The position numbers and the translations under genes are program-made. From positions 25,848,897-25,912,896 of the forward strand of contig CM119266.1 of assembly GCA_051294375.1 (NCBI GenBank): a DNA stretch of 64,000 nt, written 5' to 3'. The notes beneath the pieces are model-generated. The model was not told where the DNA came from and did no database searches. It worked only from the letters and a program-made list of their open reading frames with translations. Below are positions 62,070-64,000 of this stretch, one piece after another. The DNA is from Paraspadella gotoi. Its lineage: Eukaryota; Animalia; Chaetognatha. Each line of letters begins with the position of its first letter. The stretch's first letter is position 1.

Positions 62070-63039
62070 AGAGAGACGCTGCCAGCGCCCGAGCCTTTCG
62101 TAGTTCGTGGAATACTTAATCCGTTCGTTTATCTCCTTATCACTTGTTCTTCTTCTCCCTCTCTTTTCTTCGCCCCGAGGTTTTCTTAACTTATTCATTT
62201 CCCCGTTAAACAATTTGATCATCCTTCTTTGTTATCGCTCGATTCTTATGCTCTCTCGCTCGCGTCTCTTATTACGGTTCCAGTGCCTCGAACGATGGAC
62301 TTTGGGTGGCTGTTAACAATTACGGCATTTTTCTTATTTAGGTAAAATTAGATGTATCATCTTGTCTAGTCTTATCTTATAAATGTATCTTCATAATGTA
62401 ATATTAATAATGATAAACTTAGAAGTAGATCATATTTTATTCCAACATTTTATTCGTCTAAAATCACAGCACACTATATAATATCCTTTAATCAATCCAA
62501 TTAACCCTCTCTCTGCATTAACCATTCTTTAAACCTCGACGCCATTCTCCGCTCTAAACTGCCGATCCTCTCCCCCATTTTCTAACCTCATCTCTTTCCA
62601 CCTCTTAACCCTTTCCTTCGATAAACCGTCGATGGTTCGAGATTGCCAATTTTCTTAACTGCGAAAACTTCGCCCACGATTTCGATCTCATCGTTTACAC
62701 GATCATCCAGATCAATTTCTGACCCGGAGTTGTTATCTCCCTTCCTTTCGTTCCTTTCCTTTCACCGTTCGTGCTCTTCGTTCCTCCTTCGTTCTCTTTG
62801 TTCACCGTCCTCGTTCACCTTCCATCTTCCCCTCGCTCCGGTCACAGAGGATTCCTCACTTTATCTCCTTATCACAGCAGGTTATCCTCTCGCTTCACAG
62901 AAACTCTTCAGTCGCTTTTATTTAACCATTGATCGTCCAACCGTTTTATTCGTCTTTCGTCATTCGCCCTTCGTCGTTCTCACTTCGTCGTTCGCAATTC
63001 GGTCAGCGCGCATGTCAAGATGTCACTGAAACGACGATT

Positions 63040-63117
<78 letters not shown>

Positions 63118-64000
63118 ATCCTCGTCTCCTATTCTTTGCTCTCGCTTTCTTCAAATGTACTCGTAATGAGGAGAGTCGTTTTTCCGTTTCCCAAATGTAG
63201 CACGCTTTTCAACGACTCCTCTCTTCAACCGGTAAACACGACGAAGAATGAAGAAATTTTAATTTCAAAAGGCGAAGAAAGAAAATTGCTGGTTCACCTT
63301 CATCGTTCACCATTCACCATTCACCATTCACCGTTTATCATTCACTAGACTACTTATTTATAACTCAGTTTTACCCTTGATCAATACTTTATTCCTTCAT
63401 ACTATGAATCATATTTCACTACTCCCAATCACAATGCATCACCAATTAGCACACATCACATTGCGACTTAATAGCTACAATTAGTCGACACAATACCGAC
63501 GCTATTCTATTTCGTTTCGACGACATTATCGTTAGCTCAGTTGTCTTCGTTGTCTCCGACCTCTTTAATGCTTTTCTCTTTCACTCAGTTTAAAGCTCTT
63601 TCTACTTTGCCGCCACGATATATATAAATAGGCTACGAATATGTGAATTTTGTGTNNNNNNNNNNNNNNNNNNNNNNNNNNNNNNNNNNNNNNNNNNNNN
63701 NNNNNNNNNNNNNNNNNNNNNNNNNNNNNNNNNNNNNNNNNNNNNNNNNNNNNNNNNNNNNNNNNNNNNNNNNNNNNNNNNNNNNNNNNNNNNNNNNNNN
63801 NNNTCTATTCTAACCTGTTCTCTTTGTCCTGAATGGTATCGTCTCTCTCGCTGATTTCCTTCTCCAATTCCTCGATGTCTTTCTCCAACTGACGAATTCC
63901 TTTGAGGCTTCGATTGTTTTCGATCTTCAGTTGACGAATTTCTTCGTTTCTGTCTTCGATCTCCTTCGAGACGTTCGTGAACTTCTTTCTGCGTTTTTTT
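60970..64000 (+). repeat. Direct copy of ~51580-54599
   Basis: Colinear near-identical sequence (e.g. CCCTAAGTTCCCTGGCGAGTGACGGATGATCG, and GGTTCGAGATTGCCAATTTTC at ~53181 and ~62634) differing mainly by 1-bp indels. Confidence 0.93.
63815..63988 (-). CDS. CFAP57: Second, intact copy of the CFAP57 exon seen damaged at 54412-54586
   Basis: 174 nt, phase 2/2, cgcag|...|gttaga; reads KKFTNVSKEIEDRNEEIRQLKIENNRSLKGIRQLEKDIEELEKEISERDDTIQDKEN without a frameshift. Confidence 0.85.

Overview
Eukaryotic (metazoan, motile-cilium-bearing) genomic DNA from a gapped, partly error-prone assembly. It is dense in (AG)n/(CT)n and (GAC)n/(GTC)n microsatellites, and most ORF-track entries are microsatellite noise. 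By hand-splicing I find four genes. (1) A + strand, at least 11-exon type I membrane protein (CUB + LDLa + TM + ~600-aa low-complexity tail) at 2890-36982; its signal-peptide exon was not found. (2) A 3-exon antisense gene nested in one of its introns (8497-6737), encoding a type II membrane protein with a ricin-B-like C-terminus. (3) An intronless orphan type I membrane protein at 44404-43904. (4) The 3' coiled-coil half of CFAP57/WDR65 on the - strand (60043-46437), with indel-damaged exons and re-assembled duplicate copies at 60069-64000. There is also a small 6-Cys peptide exon (39386-39537), a 2.1-kb hAT-type foldback element with an 8-bp TSD (54839-56965) and a ~0.9-kb TIR element. I see no prokaryotic system, CRISPR array or intact RNA gene. 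The best novelty candidates are the nested gene(s), the Cys-rich peptide, the foldback element and a recurrent G-tract/C-tract intron architecture with weak 5' splice sites.
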